Part shown: positions 19,617-29,311 of the stretch, one piece after another | How positions within the stretch are numbered: position 1 is the stretch's first letter | Layout: the number at the start of each line of letters is the position of its first letter | Source: Candidatus Poribacteria bacterium | GTDB lineage: Bacteria; Poribacteria; WGA-4E; JAJDTR01 | NCBI GenBank assembly: GCA_965222225.1 | Contig: CBDCTK010000002.1 | Coordinates: 1,504,001 to 1,568,000 of the forward strand | Length of the DNA: 64,000 bases | Reading direction: 5' to 3' | Made by a program: the position numbers and the translations under genes | Notes under the pieces: model-generated | What the model saw: only the letters and a program-made list of their open reading frames with translations | Databases searched by the model: none | What the model was told of the DNA's origin: nothing

Positions 19617-20681
19617 ATGGGCAATTTGAACATAACGAAATGTCTTCCCGGATTTTTATTAGCGTTATTCTGTGTCGGAATCTCCGGCTGCGATCTTATC
19701 CAGCAAGCAATCCTTTCGGACCTGCCGGACGACGCCGATGCCGTCCTCCTTCGCGTAACCATGATCTATCCAAGAGATTGCATTGGAGACGCCGGTTACT
19801 GTGATAGTTTCCATATCGGAGTAAGAACGGCTGAGGCAGAACTCGGGATTAGCCTCACCGAGGTTGCCGGAATGGAGAGCGACCCGGCAGCAACAGAAAT
19901 GCAGTTAAGGGAAGCCGCTCAAAACTCAGACCTCGTTCTAGCGGCAGGTTACCAAATGGGAGCGCCCCTTGCGCGAGTGGCACCGGAATTTCCCGATGTG
20001 AGATTTGCGATTTTTGATGTCGTCCTTGATATTCCGAATGTTGCCTCCATCAATTACAAGGCAAACGAAGGCTCGTTTCTCGTCGGCGCGATCGCCGCGT
20101 TGAAATCTGAAAGTGGGAAAATAGGCTATATTGGCGGAGCCGATGTTCCCTTACTACACGAATTTGAAGCCGGTTACATCGCAGGAGTTAACGCCGTCAA
20201 TCCTGACGCTGGAGTTACGGTCGAATACATCAGCGAGGATGAAACCGGTTTTGGCATGCCGGACAGAGCAAAAGAGATAGCGTTAGCCCAATATGCAAGT
20301 GGAATTGATGTCATCTACGTTGCTGCGGGCGGATCCGGTAACGGAGTGCTCGAAGCTGCACGAGAGCAGCAAAAATTTGTCATTTGGGTTGACTCCAACG
20401 GCAATTACCTCGAACCCGGCATAGTTTTGACGAGCATGGTCAAAGAACTTTCAGATTCCGTCATCAAAGTCATCAGTGAGACCGCCGCCGGGACTTTTGT
20501 AGGGGGAGTACGATACCTCGGACTCGAAGATGGTGGAGTCAGCTATGCCGTAGATGAACACAATCAGTCTCTATTTTCCCACGAGATTCTAGATCGTGTT
20601 GAATCGTTGAAAGCGCAAATCGTTGCGGGCGAAATTATCGTTCCCGATCGCATCATTCTTCCGCGCGAACAAAGCCAATGA
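19617..20681 (+). CDS. BMP-family ABC substrate-binding lipoprotein
   Basis: Lipobox ISGC, PEFPDVRFAIFD, EGSFLVGAIAA, IWVDSN, GVSYA. Confidence 0.9.
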   Translation: MGNLNITKCLPGFLLALFCVGISGCDLIQQAILSDLPDDADAVLLRVTMIYPRDCIGDAGYCDSFHIGVRTAEAELGISLTEVAGMESDPAATEMQLREAAQNSDLVLAAGYQMGAPLARVAPEFPDVRFAIFDVVLDIPNVASINYKANEGSFLVGAIAALKSESGKIGYIGGADVPLLHEFEAGYIAGVNAVNPDAGVTVEYISEDETGFGMPDRAKEIALAQYASGIDVIYVAAGGSGNGVLEAAREQQKFVIWVDSNGNYLEPGIVLTSMVKELSDSVIKVISETAAGTFVGGVRYLGLEDGGVSYAVDEHNQSLFSHEILDRVESLKAQIVAGEIIVPDRIILPREQSQ

Positions 20682-20783
20682 TCTCATCATCGTTAGGGGA
20701 GGCATCTGTGCCTATCCTAACGGTGGCATGAGCAACGAATTCAAAAGCGAGAAAAACCTACATTTCAAAATGAAGATTTCTCA

Positions 20784-21002
20784 ATGACAGCACAACTCGA
20801 AAAAGACTTTGCGGAAGCCTCGAAACTTTCACCAAGCGAACAAGATGCCCTTGCAGAATGGCTGTTTGCCGAACTCCAATCTGAGAAACGGTGGACTAAA
20901 CAATTCGCTGATTCTCAAAATACAGTGCCCAAACTGGCTTCTGAAGCGCTCGCCGAACATCATAGTGGTCATACTCAAGAATTAGATCTCAATCGCCGAT
21001 GA
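20784..21002 (+). CDS. Small antitoxin-like protein, no intact toxin next to it
   Basis: LEKDFAEASKLSPSEQDALAEWL..ELQSEKRW...LASEALAEH pattern of addiction-module antidotes. Confidence 0.55.
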   Translation: MTAQLEKDFAEASKLSPSEQDALAEWLFAELQSEKRWTKQFADSQNTVPKLASEALAEHHSGHTQELDLNRR

Positions 21003-21080
21003 TATCAGATTGCGTTTCTCGCAATCACGTATCACGCAGAAGTTCCAAGCCACACATGTCTCAATTAAACGGAGGTCCTG

Positions 21081-21932
21081 GTGTCCAACAAATCCCCGCT
21101 GAATTTTGCCGAAATCCTTGTGTGCCTTGATGGTTCAAAATATTCTCGGGCGGCGGTGGAATATGCCACGCAAATTGCCGTTGAACACGACGCCTCACTT
21201 ACGGGTGTCGGTGTGATTGATCTTCCCGGTATCCTACGCGCAAGCGGTCCTGCTCCGATTGGAGCTATGCGCTCCGGCGATCTCACTGAGCAACACCACG
21301 TCAAAGAGGCGCAGGGTCTCGTCTCCCGAATCCTAAAAGACTTTGAGAAAACCTGTCGTGAAAAAGATATTCGCCATACCATCCATTCAGAAGCCGGCAG
21401 CCCGTTTCGGGAAATTATTGAGGAATCAAAATTTCACGACTTTATTATTCTCGGGCAAAAAACCTTTTTTCGACACGGCATCGGACGCGAGCGAGGTAAC
21501 ACTCTACATCGGATCCTGCACAACGGATTAACAGCAGTTTTTGCCGTCCCCGATTCTGCCAGAGAGATTAAAAAAGTGCTTGTTGCATACGATAACAGCG
21601 TCCAAGTCACTAAAGCAATTCAGATGTTTCTACTGCTCCACATCTGGAATCAGTGCGACATTACTCTTCTGAATATCAATAACGATGCGGCTCGCGCAAA
21701 GCAATTGCTCAATAGGCTTGGCGATTACGTGGGAAGATACGGAATACAGCCGACAAAAGTACACTTGAAAGGACGTCCGGATAAAGTCGTTCTGTCGTAT
21801 ATCCGAGAACATGAAATCGACCTACTCGTTATGGGGGCGTATGGCAAACGAACCGCGTCGGAGTTTGTCGTCGGTAGTGTGACGAAATCCCTTGTTACTC
21901 AGGCAGGTATTCCGCTGTTTATTTATCATTAA
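21081..21932 (+). CDS. Universal stress protein (two USP domains)
   Basis: ILVCLDGS, VLVAYDNS, LLVMGAYG...VGSVT; RBS GGAGG. Confidence 0.93.
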   Translation: MSNKSPLNFAEILVCLDGSKYSRAAVEYATQIAVEHDASLTGVGVIDLPGILRASGPAPIGAMRSGDLTEQHHVKEAQGLVSRILKDFEKTCREKDIRHTIHSEAGSPFREIIEESKFHDFIILGQKTFFRHGIGRERGNTLHRILHNGLTAVFAVPDSAREIKKVLVAYDNSVQVTKAIQMFLLLHIWNQCDITLLNINNDAARAKQLLNRLGDYVGRYGIQPTKVHLKGRPDKVVLSYIREHEIDLLVMGAYGKRTASEFVVGSVTKSLVTQAGIPLFIYH

Positions 21933-22127
21933 CTGGAATCAATGAATTCTTTTCCAACCAGATAAGTTGCGATTGCGCAATTTCGACGGTCATGTGTGTC
22001 TCGGGAATAGAATCGGGATACGATGACCGAAACGAAACAATAAAGACTTGTCAATGACCTCAGTTACGAGTAGCACACATGCGGCGCCAGCCTTCAGGGG
22101 GCAGTCAAGGATTAAGCATCGTAAACC

Positions 22128-23021
22128 ATGAAAACGTACAGCGACCTCCCTAGCGATGGCGGATCTGGCATCATCGGGCAGGTGACTCAACAAGTCAGTC
22201 GCACCCAAAAACGGTTAGAATCGATACACCATACCGTTGCCATCATGAGCGGGAAGGGCGGTGTGGGCAAAAGTTCGATAACGGCGAATCTTGCCTCGGC
22301 CCTCGCTTTGCGGGGCAACAGCGTTGGCGTACTCGACGCCGACATCAACGGGCCCTCGATCGCCAAGATGATAGGCGTGAGAGGCATGAAAGTTGATTAC
22401 GGCGCGGACGGTGTTAAACCCGTTATTAGTCCGCTAGGGGTCAGAGTCATGTCAATGGATCTGTTTCTGAAGGACGACGAAACGCCAGTCTTATGGGAAG
22501 CCCAAACACAGAAAGATGCGTTCACTTGGCGCGGAACCATGGAGGTGTCTGCGCTCCGCGAGTTTCTGTCTGACACCGAATGGGGAGTTCTTGACTACCT
22601 CCTGATCGATCTGCCACCAGGCACCGATCGATTGCCGAATTTAATCGATTTGTTACCGACACTCGGCGGCACGGTCGTCGTCACAATTCCTTCTAGCGTC
22701 TCGCAACTTGTCGTCAAGAAATCGTTGACGATGGCGAAGAAATTGCTCAACACGCCGGTCGTGGGCATCGTCGAAAATATGGCGGCATACGTTTGCGCAG
22801 ATTGCGGGAAAACTGAAGACCTGTTTCCTACAGGCAATACGGAAGAGATGGCGCGTCAATTTGGCGTCTCACTACTCGGCAGAATACCGTTCGATCCGCG
22901 TATCTCTACGGCTGCAGATAACGGTAACGCATTCGTGGAAAAATTTGCTGACACCCCGGCAGGCGCTGGCTTGACGAAAATAGCGGCGAAAATCGAATCC
23001 TTCTTCAACCACGAAACTTAA
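22128..23021 (+). CDS. mrp: Mrp/NBP35 (ApbC) Fe-S carrier ATPase
   Basis: SGKGGVGKS, DADINGPS, WRG, IDLPPGT, VENMA..CADC, IPFDP. Confidence 0.92.
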   Translation: MKTYSDLPSDGGSGIIGQVTQQVSRTQKRLESIHHTVAIMSGKGGVGKSSITANLASALALRGNSVGVLDADINGPSIAKMIGVRGMKVDYGADGVKPVISPLGVRVMSMDLFLKDDETPVLWEAQTQKDAFTWRGTMEVSALREFLSDTEWGVLDYLLIDLPPGTDRLPNLIDLLPTLGGTVVVTIPSSVSQLVVKKSLTMAKKLLNTPVVGIVENMAAYVCADCGKTEDLFPTGNTEEMARQFGVSLLGRIPFDPRISTAADNGNAFVEKFADTPAGAGLTKIAAKIESFFNHET

Positions 23022-23162
23022 CATTTATGCTGGGTACTGTAAGCGAGTTTGCAATATGCAGGTGTGTAAGTCATGAGAACGCTGATAGGAACCATTCAAT
23101 GGAATGTCGGCGAGCAGATACATCTTGATCGAATTATTAATTTCGATGCGGACACATTCTTA

Positions 23163-23408
23163 GAACCTGTTTGAAAAGTACAGTTTGTAGGGTGCGATCA
23201 ACCGACTGATTAAGGAGGGCGATAGAAATCCCCTCAAGCGAGTGGATAGCGAGTGCGATAGCTATATGTAGGGTGCGCACTGCGCACCAGCCTTTGGGGT
23301 TGATTTCTTGTAGGGTGCGATCAACTGAGCGAATAGCGACTGCGATCAAGGGAATGGATAATGACCGCGATAGAATTCCCATAGAAATCCCGTGCGATAG
23401 AGATCCTA
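23163..23408 (+). repeat. REP/GA-hairpin mosaic starting with a left MITE end
   Basis: GAACCTGTTTGAAAA at 23163, GTAGGGTGCGCACTGCGCACC, four hairpin modules. Confidence 0.85.
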
Positions 23409-23425
23409 AGTGAACGAGAGGAAAA

Positions 23426-23890
23426 ATGTGCGAGTTAGCGAATAGCCTCGCTAAATTGAAGCATCTCTGTCAAAACGGACGAGTATCAGAACATACATTC
23501 TACGAAATAGCTCATCCATTAGCTGAAAAACGATATGAGCCACTGCGGGTGTTCTTGATAGAGATGTTGGAGTCTCCGAACGCTACATGTCGTCTGAATG
23601 CAGTGCATTTGTTGGGTGGTCATTGGCACGAGAAACCAGACATTGGAGAAAAGTTAGTCGAATTGCTAACAAATGATCCCAACGATGATATCCGCATGCT
23701 GTCCGCGAGCGCACTATCCCATATCAAATATGTTGAATCGCGGGAAATACTGCATCAGTGCGCCAATGACCCGAAGCAGGCATCCTTTGTCAAAGAAAGC
23801 TGCGTTGACGCCATTCGTGTCCTTGATGGAACTTCACAAGTTCAAATCCTTCGCGAACAACTAAATCAGATTGGGAATGAGGGTGGGTAA
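23426..23890 (+). CDS. HEAT-repeat protein
   Basis: CRLNAVHLLG, DPNDDIRMLSASALS, FVKESCVDAI. Confidence 0.75.
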   Translation: MCELANSLAKLKHLCQNGRVSEHTFYEIAHPLAEKRYEPLRVFLIEMLESPNATCRLNAVHLLGGHWHEKPDIGEKLVELLTNDPNDDIRMLSASALSHIKYVESREILHQCANDPKQASFVKESCVDAIRVLDGTSQVQILREQLNQIGNEGG

Positions 23891-23947
23891 AAACAAGTCA
23901 CTCGTAGTAAGTACGTATTCATCAACTTCCGCTCTTGGAGTCAACTA

Positions 23948-24460
23948 ATGAAATTCCTATGCCTTGAATGCAACACAGCCATGAAATTCAAAGAATCGAA
24001 AACGCCCGAAGGTGGCACGTTGACCGCAATATTCGAGTGCCCGGACTGCTTTGGGGAATTCGCAATGCACATGAACCCGTGGGAAACCCAAATGCTCAAG
24101 TCACTTGACGTTCAGCTCGGTGGAAAAAGTGAAAATGCACCCCCGATGCAGATGGTGCGTTCCTTTCTGAGTGACCAGAAGGAAGGAACGCTCTCATCAA
24201 GTCACACTCCCCAGCCAGCCTCGGAATCGGAAGGTGGTAGATGTCCCTTTACATCGGTGGTTGCCGACGCGTTTCAGGATCAGAGGTCGGAACCTGCCGA
24301 TCTCGTATGGACCGAAGAAGCACTTGAACGCCTGAATCGAATTCCGAGTTTTGTCCAATCAATGGCTAAAGCCGGAATTGAAGATTTCGCCCGCGAAAAA
24401 GGGATAGCAAAAATTACTGCCGAGGTGATGGACACTGCGCGCGGCAACTTCGGCATGTAG
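23948..24460 (+). CDS. Zn-ribbon plus PCP_red-like domain protein
   Basis: CLEC...CPDC, RCPF, LVWTEEALERLNRIPSFV..MAK..IE.FAREKG..KIT. Confidence 0.85.
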   Translation: MKFLCLECNTAMKFKESKTPEGGTLTAIFECPDCFGEFAMHMNPWETQMLKSLDVQLGGKSENAPPMQMVRSFLSDQKEGTLSSSHTPQPASESEGGRCPFTSVVADAFQDQRSEPADLVWTEEALERLNRIPSFVQSMAKAGIEDFAREKGIAKITAEVMDTARGNFGM

Positions 24461-24486
24461 CGCCGTGACCCGGATGAAATACGAGA

Positions 24487-25008
24487 GTGCCCTCTGGTTT
24501 CACGTTCCACCGATTTATGCGCATATTCGTCGAACTCATCATACGTTGGATTCACCTTGTTGCCGCAATCGTTTGGCTAGGTGGAATCTTTTTTTCCGTG
24601 AGCATCGCATCGCCGATGCTAAGGAAGCATTTGCCTGCTTTCGAAGGCATCCGGCACACCGTAGCAATTCGGAATCGCCTGCGTCACGTAATCCGTTTCA
24701 CTATCCATATTCTACTGATCACGGGTGCGATGAATGTCTTCATCGTTGGTCTGAACACGCAGATGAATTTCCCGCAGAACTACGCCATCGCCTTTGTAGC
24801 GAAACTCGCCTTTGTCGGATTGATGACGCTGTTCCATAGTCTGCATATTGCCGTTTTCAACAGGCGCATGGAAACTGCATCGACCAACCCGAATGTTAAT
24901 GAGTTAGAGGTTGTGAGACTGCAGCGGCTGACGGACGGATGCGGTATCATTGCACTGCTAATTGGTCTCATCGTCCTGGCCCTTTCCTTGCGATTGGATG
25001 CAGGGTAA
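24487..25008 (+). CDS. CopD/DUF4149-like four-helix membrane protein (start may be ATG 24517)
   Basis: RWIHLVAAIVWLGG, LLITG, KLAFV..LH. Confidence 0.75.
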   Translation: MPSGFTFHRFMRIFVELIIRWIHLVAAIVWLGGIFFSVSIASPMLRKHLPAFEGIRHTVAIRNRLRHVIRFTIHILLITGAMNVFIVGLNTQMNFPQNYAIAFVAKLAFVGLMTLFHSLHIAVFNRRMETASTNPNVNELEVVRLQRLTDGCGIIALLIGLIVLALSLRLDAG

Positions 25009-25074
25009 TGGATTGGGCGCTGGAATCCCGATTCGCAAAGATGGAAAGATTGGATTGGCAGGAAGTCTGGAAAA

Positions 25075-26376
25075 ATGGAAACTAAAGTCCAAGCCGTCTC
25101 ATGGAATATTACGCGGCTATGCAATCTCAAATGTGAGCACTGTTATCTGCCCGCCGGATTTGTAGATACCAACGATTTTCCGACCGGCTACTATCGGGAT
25201 GCAGAGTTGACACAGTCCCAATGCTTCCGCGTGATTGATGAGATTGCCGAAATCAATCCCAACATCCTACTGATTCTCACAGGCGGCGAACCATTGTTGC
25301 GTCCCGACATACTGGAAATCTCTGAGTATGCCGCGCAAACCGGATTCTTAGTCGTGATGGGTACCAACGGGGCGTTGCTGAACGATGAGGTAGTTCTGCG
25401 GATGAGCGACCACGGTGTGAGTGGTGCAGGGATTAGCTTGGATGCGGTGGATGCAGTTAATCACGACAGGTTCAGGGGTATGGAAGGTGCCTATGAAGCC
25501 ACGATGTACGGGATTGAAGCGCTGAAACGCGCCAATCTGGACTTTCTGGTGCAAACCTCGGTGACGCGCTGGAATTACGATGAAATTCCTCAGATTGTTG
25601 AGTTCGCTTATCAATTGGGCGCCAAGGTCATTAATATCTACTTCCTCGTCAAAACAGGGCGCGGAAAGACGGTCATGGACATCACGCCGTCGCAGTACGA
25701 GAAGCTGCTCTCGAAGCTTTTTGAGCTACAGGCGGAATATCGGGGCAAAATGCTCGTCGCGGCGAAATGCGCACCCCACTACAAGCGCGCAATTTACGAG
25801 CAACAGTCCGATTCGCCGTTTCTGCAAGCCTATCCGAGCGGCACATGCCCTTGCGGGATCTACTATTGCCGTATCACGCCCGAAGGCGATTTGACGCCGT
25901 GTCCATACATGCCTGTCAGCGTCGGCAATCTGAAAGACGAGAGTTTTGCAGAATTATGGAACAAATCGAAAGTTTTTCAAGACCTGAGAAATCGTCAGCT
26001 ATTGGAAGGGAAATGCGGCGCGTGTGAGTTTCGTGATGTTTGCGGTGGTTGCCGTGCGCGCGCCTACGCCGCTACGGGGAACTACCTTGCCGAGGATACG
26101 TCGTGCGAGTATCAACCGGGGCAATACGGCAGCCAGACTATCAGTTTTGAGAAGACGACACCCTTCGCGGCGGAGGTAGACTATGAATTGCGCTGGACAG
26201 ATCTAGCGCAGAAGAGATTAAAGCGTGTTCCCTCCTTCGCGCGAGGGATGGTTATCAAAAGCGTCGAAAAGTACGCGCGCGAACACGATTACCGCGAAAT
26301 CACGCCCGAAACGATGAAGGCGGTCAAAGAACGGTTCGACAAAACGGGGATTCCCTCATTCCGCCCTCGCCGTTAG
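25075..26376 (+). CDS. Radical SAM/SPASM enzyme of AhbC/AhbD/NirJ type with C-terminal PCP_red-like domain
   Basis: WNITRLCNLKCEHCY, TGGEPL, GTNG, ISLD, CAPHY, C..G...TPCPY, KCGACEF..VCGGCRARAY; LRWTDLAQKRLKRVPSFAR. Confidence 0.9.
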   Translation: METKVQAVSWNITRLCNLKCEHCYLPAGFVDTNDFPTGYYRDAELTQSQCFRVIDEIAEINPNILLILTGGEPLLRPDILEISEYAAQTGFLVVMGTNGALLNDEVVLRMSDHGVSGAGISLDAVDAVNHDRFRGMEGAYEATMYGIEALKRANLDFLVQTSVTRWNYDEIPQIVEFAYQLGAKVINIYFLVKTGRGKTVMDITPSQYEKLLSKLFELQAEYRGKMLVAAKCAPHYKRAIYEQQSDSPFLQAYPSGTCPCGIYYCRITPEGDLTPCPYMPVSVGNLKDESFAELWNKSKVFQDLRNRQLLEGKCGACEFRDVCGGCRARAYAATGNYLAEDTSCEYQPGQYGSQTISFEKTTPFAAEVDYELRWTDLAQKRLKRVPSFARGMVIKSVEKYAREHDYREITPETMKAVKERFDKTGIPSFRPRR

Positions 26377-26483
26377 CTTCTTGAAAAGTGGGATCGGCGA
26401 TCATCAAATCGCCGCTTAGCCTTCTAACCGCGCACAAGTATTTTGTGTTTCACGCCTAATGTGAGCATAAAGGAGAACAAACA

Positions 26484-26897
26484 GTGAGTACCCAAACCAA
26501 AATTGAACAACGCCTATCCGCCGTTGAAAATCGCTTGAATCGGCTCGAGGATCTTTTGATTGGTATCAGTCAAAAACTGGACCGGAAACCCCCGCAAACG
26601 GAAATAAACGAAAAGAAGGGGGAAGTGCTCAAGGAATGGGTCACGGATTACGTTTCAATGCGGCTACAACAACTTGTGCCGGAGACCTGCGACCATCCCG
26701 CTGAAGCCAACCTAAGCGAAGGTCCCTTTCTTGACAACACCACGACACGTTGCACTGAAGAGGTCGTCCATCGTGTCAAACGCATTCCCATCCCGTTTGT
26801 TCGCGAAATGGTTGTGCAGCGAGTCGCCGAGAATGCGCGAAACGCCGACGTAGACGTGGTCGACATTGAGTTCTTTGAGAAAGCCGCTACCTTTTGA
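26484..26897 (+). CDS. Coiled-coil protein with C-terminal PCP_red-like domain
   Basis: IEQRLSAVENRLNRLE; CTEEVVHRVKRIPIPFVREMV..RV...AR; RBS AAGGAG. Confidence 0.75.
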   Translation: MSTQTKIEQRLSAVENRLNRLEDLLIGISQKLDRKPPQTEINEKKGEVLKEWVTDYVSMRLQQLVPETCDHPAEANLSEGPFLDNTTTRCTEEVVHRVKRIPIPFVREMVVQRVAENARNADVDVVDIEFFEKAATF

Positions 26898-27015
26898 CAG
26901 TGCAAAGCTACAGAGGAGTTTCCTCTACCGCATTTCCATTTGGAGGATTTTCTTAAAGTCTCAATCTAAACTCCTGTAAGATGAGTGTCGTGCACCGTAC
27001 ATCCGTATTACGCCT

Positions 27016-27396
27016 ATGGAATGGGTACTTAACGTCTTCTCCGAATATATCGAAAACGACTTCAAAAAGCGACTGGGAAATCCGAAGCCCACGGTTGATG
27101 ACCTGTGGGATACGTTCAAGGTGCTTTTTCCGACAACCACCGCGCGGCTGCTAGTTCAAGAACCGGTTGGGAACACCGTCAGATTCAAGGCGCTTGCTTT
27201 CTACCACGCGGATGAGATGGGCCCCCTAATCGAGGATCCGATGGGCTATATCAAAAAGCATTTCGGCGGCGGGAAATTCAAAATTAACTTCTATTGTGGA
27301 ATGCAATTCATTGCCACAATCAACTTCAAACCCGAAGGACCAGAAATCTGGCGCGACTTGCCCGAGCTCCCCGAGTCACATATTCCTGCCGATTAA
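27016..27396 (+). CDS. Hypothetical protein
   Basis: 126-aa co-directional ORF in operon context. Confidence 0.7.
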   Translation: MEWVLNVFSEYIENDFKKRLGNPKPTVDDLWDTFKVLFPTTTARLLVQEPVGNTVRFKALAFYHADEMGPLIEDPMGYIKKHFGGGKFKINFYCGMQFIATINFKPEGPEIWRDLPELPESHIPAD

Positions 27397-27415
27397 ATCG
27401 GACACACATTGGATA

Positions 27416-27838
27416 ATGGGCGATCAACAACCACTGACGACATGCCCCGACTGCAATAGCGCGAACATCCAAAGAATCGGAGAAAATGGATATTTCTGCC
27501 TCGATTGTGAATGGGACAACTTGTCGTTTGTCGCTGGCAATAATGATTCGCTAGTTTCCGCGCTCCGGCACGGCGACATCAATGCTCGACGAGAGGCGGC
27601 ACAAGCGCTAATCAACATTGGAGACACCGACCGCGACCTTGCAACTTCAGACGACCTAGCGCCCCTGCTTGAAGCCCTTGATGACAGCGAGGACGATGTC
27701 CGCTACTTCTCCGTCGTCGCCTTAGGAAAGCTCGGAGATACCGCCGCGCTCCCCAAACTAAAAAAGCTAGAACAACACGATTCCTCAGAGCTTGTCAAGC
27801 AAGGCGCCAAAACCGCAATTGAACGCCTCCAAACCTAG
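27416..27838 (+). CDS. Zn-ribbon plus HEAT-repeat protein
   Basis: ATG 27416; CPDC...CLDC; ARREAAQAL, DVRYFSVVALGKLGD. Confidence 0.8.
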   Translation: MGDQQPLTTCPDCNSANIQRIGENGYFCLDCEWDNLSFVAGNNDSLVSALRHGDINARREAAQALINIGDTDRDLATSDDLAPLLEALDDSEDDVRYFSVVALGKLGDTAALPKLKKLEQHDSSELVKQGAKTAIERLQT

Positions 27839-27899
27839 CGATCCGGTAAGGTTGGCGCTGCCTATCGTCTTTTTTAACAAATCATGCCTTTAATCCGTC

Positions 27900-28319
27900 A
27901 TGCTAACTATTTCCGACCTCCCCTCCGTTAACGCCACGCTCAACACCATCAGCGTCATACTCCTGACCATTGGCTACCTCTGTATCCGCTCCCGAAAAAC
28001 TATCGCCCACAGAAACTGCATGATAGCCGCCTTCATTGTCTCAGCTCTATTTCTAACCTCTTACCTGACCTACCACTACCACGCCGGATCGACTCCCTTT
28101 GAGGGTGAAGGCTGGATTCGAGGAGTCTACTTCACCGTCCTCATTCCGCACATCGTCCTTGCCGCTCTTATCCTTCCGCTTGCACTGACTACGCTCTACT
28201 TCGCCATCCGCAAGCAGTTCGCCAAACACCGACGAATTGCCCGGTGGACGCTCCCAATCTGGCTATACGTTTCTGTCACTGGCGTAATTGTGTACTGGAT
28301 GCTCTACCACCTCCAGTAA
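27900..28319 (+). CDS. DUF420 family membrane protein
   Basis: LPSVNATLN, HRNCM, FLTSYL.YH, HRRIARWTLPIWLYVSVTG. Confidence 0.92.
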   Translation: MLTISDLPSVNATLNTISVILLTIGYLCIRSRKTIAHRNCMIAAFIVSALFLTSYLTYHYHAGSTPFEGEGWIRGVYFTVLIPHIVLAALILPLALTTLYFAIRKQFAKHRRIARWTLPIWLYVSVTGVIVYWMLYHLQ

Positions 28320-28424
28320 CCTCTCGCCATCCGTTAATCCACTCTCGCTTTCTTTTTGAAATTGTCTCAAGCATTATAGTATACTCTCACACGAAACCTG
28401 CACTGTGACGAGGAAACGGAAAAC

Positions 28425-29174
28425 ATGAGACCACAACACCCCGAATCTTTCCATACCGGCGAACCCTTAGACATCAGCGAGATTGGCGCTCCGACGCCGG
28501 ACGGCAATCCCCAAACAAGTTCACGACGATTATTCCTGCAACTTTACGCTTTTACGGGAGCCTCTCAACCAGATGCGTTAATCGAACCACTTCGCGCAAT
28601 TAACTTGGAGTCCGTCCTTTATCACGATTTGAACGATCCGACAGGGGTCGGCATACTCTTAATCGCGACGGATCCCGCCGACTTGGTGACCCAGGCACGA
28701 ACACTCTTTGGCAGCCAACCCTTCTCCGCATTGCGACCAAGACCGGAATTAACCATGATCGGCAGAACCTATTCAACAGGACGTGAACCCAATCTTGAGG
28801 ACTGGCTGTTGGTCAAGCCGCGTCGGAATGTCCTCAATCCGGCGCTGCGCTGGGCGATCTGGTACCCGTTGCGCCGCAAACCTGAATTTTATCTCCTCGC
28901 GCCGCCCGACCAGGGGAAAATTCTTGCGGAGCACGGCATGATGGGACGCGCCTATGCCGAAGCCGGCTATGCCAACGACATCCGTGTGGCTTGCTTCGGA
29001 CTGGATCAGCATGACAACGAGTTCGTGATAGGATTGGTCGGCGCCGAACTCTATCCATTGTCGCGCCTCGTGCAGGACATGCGGAAAACGCAGCAAACCG
29101 CCAAATACATTGACTCGCTCGGGCCATTTTTCGTCGGACAAGTTTGTTGGCAAAGCCCGATGCGGGCTGATTGA
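28425..29174 (+). CDS. Chlorite-dismutase family protein, probably coproheme decarboxylase-like (ChdC/HemQ)
   Basis: WYPLRRKPEF, proximal His in EHGMMG, FGLD...EFVI, LVQDMR, PFFVG; by eye Asp rather than Arg at the distal position. Confidence 0.75.
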   Translation: MRPQHPESFHTGEPLDISEIGAPTPDGNPQTSSRRLFLQLYAFTGASQPDALIEPLRAINLESVLYHDLNDPTGVGILLIATDPADLVTQARTLFGSQPFSALRPRPELTMIGRTYSTGREPNLEDWLLVKPRRNVLNPALRWAIWYPLRRKPEFYLLAPPDQGKILAEHGMMGRAYAEAGYANDIRVACFGLDQHDNEFVIGLVGAELYPLSRLVQDMRKTQQTAKYIDSLGPFFVGQVCWQSPMRAD

Positions 29175-29311
29175 TTCTGGTTGCCCCATTTCCTCGCTGG
29201 AATTAAACGCCACCATAAGCCTAGCCGTCAAAAACATCAAGGTCCGAGTGGAATCTGGGTACACGGCACTCTGCGAAAATCCAAATCTCTCCGAAACTTG
29301 TACGTAAGAGT

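Noticed and set aside
14745-26897. Photosynthesis genes
   Set aside because: Only the small appended domain is present; no catalytic DPOR subunits
28425-29174. True chlorite dismutase
   Set aside because: Distal Arg position appears to be Asp and the YP Tyr typical of ChdC is present (alignment by eye)
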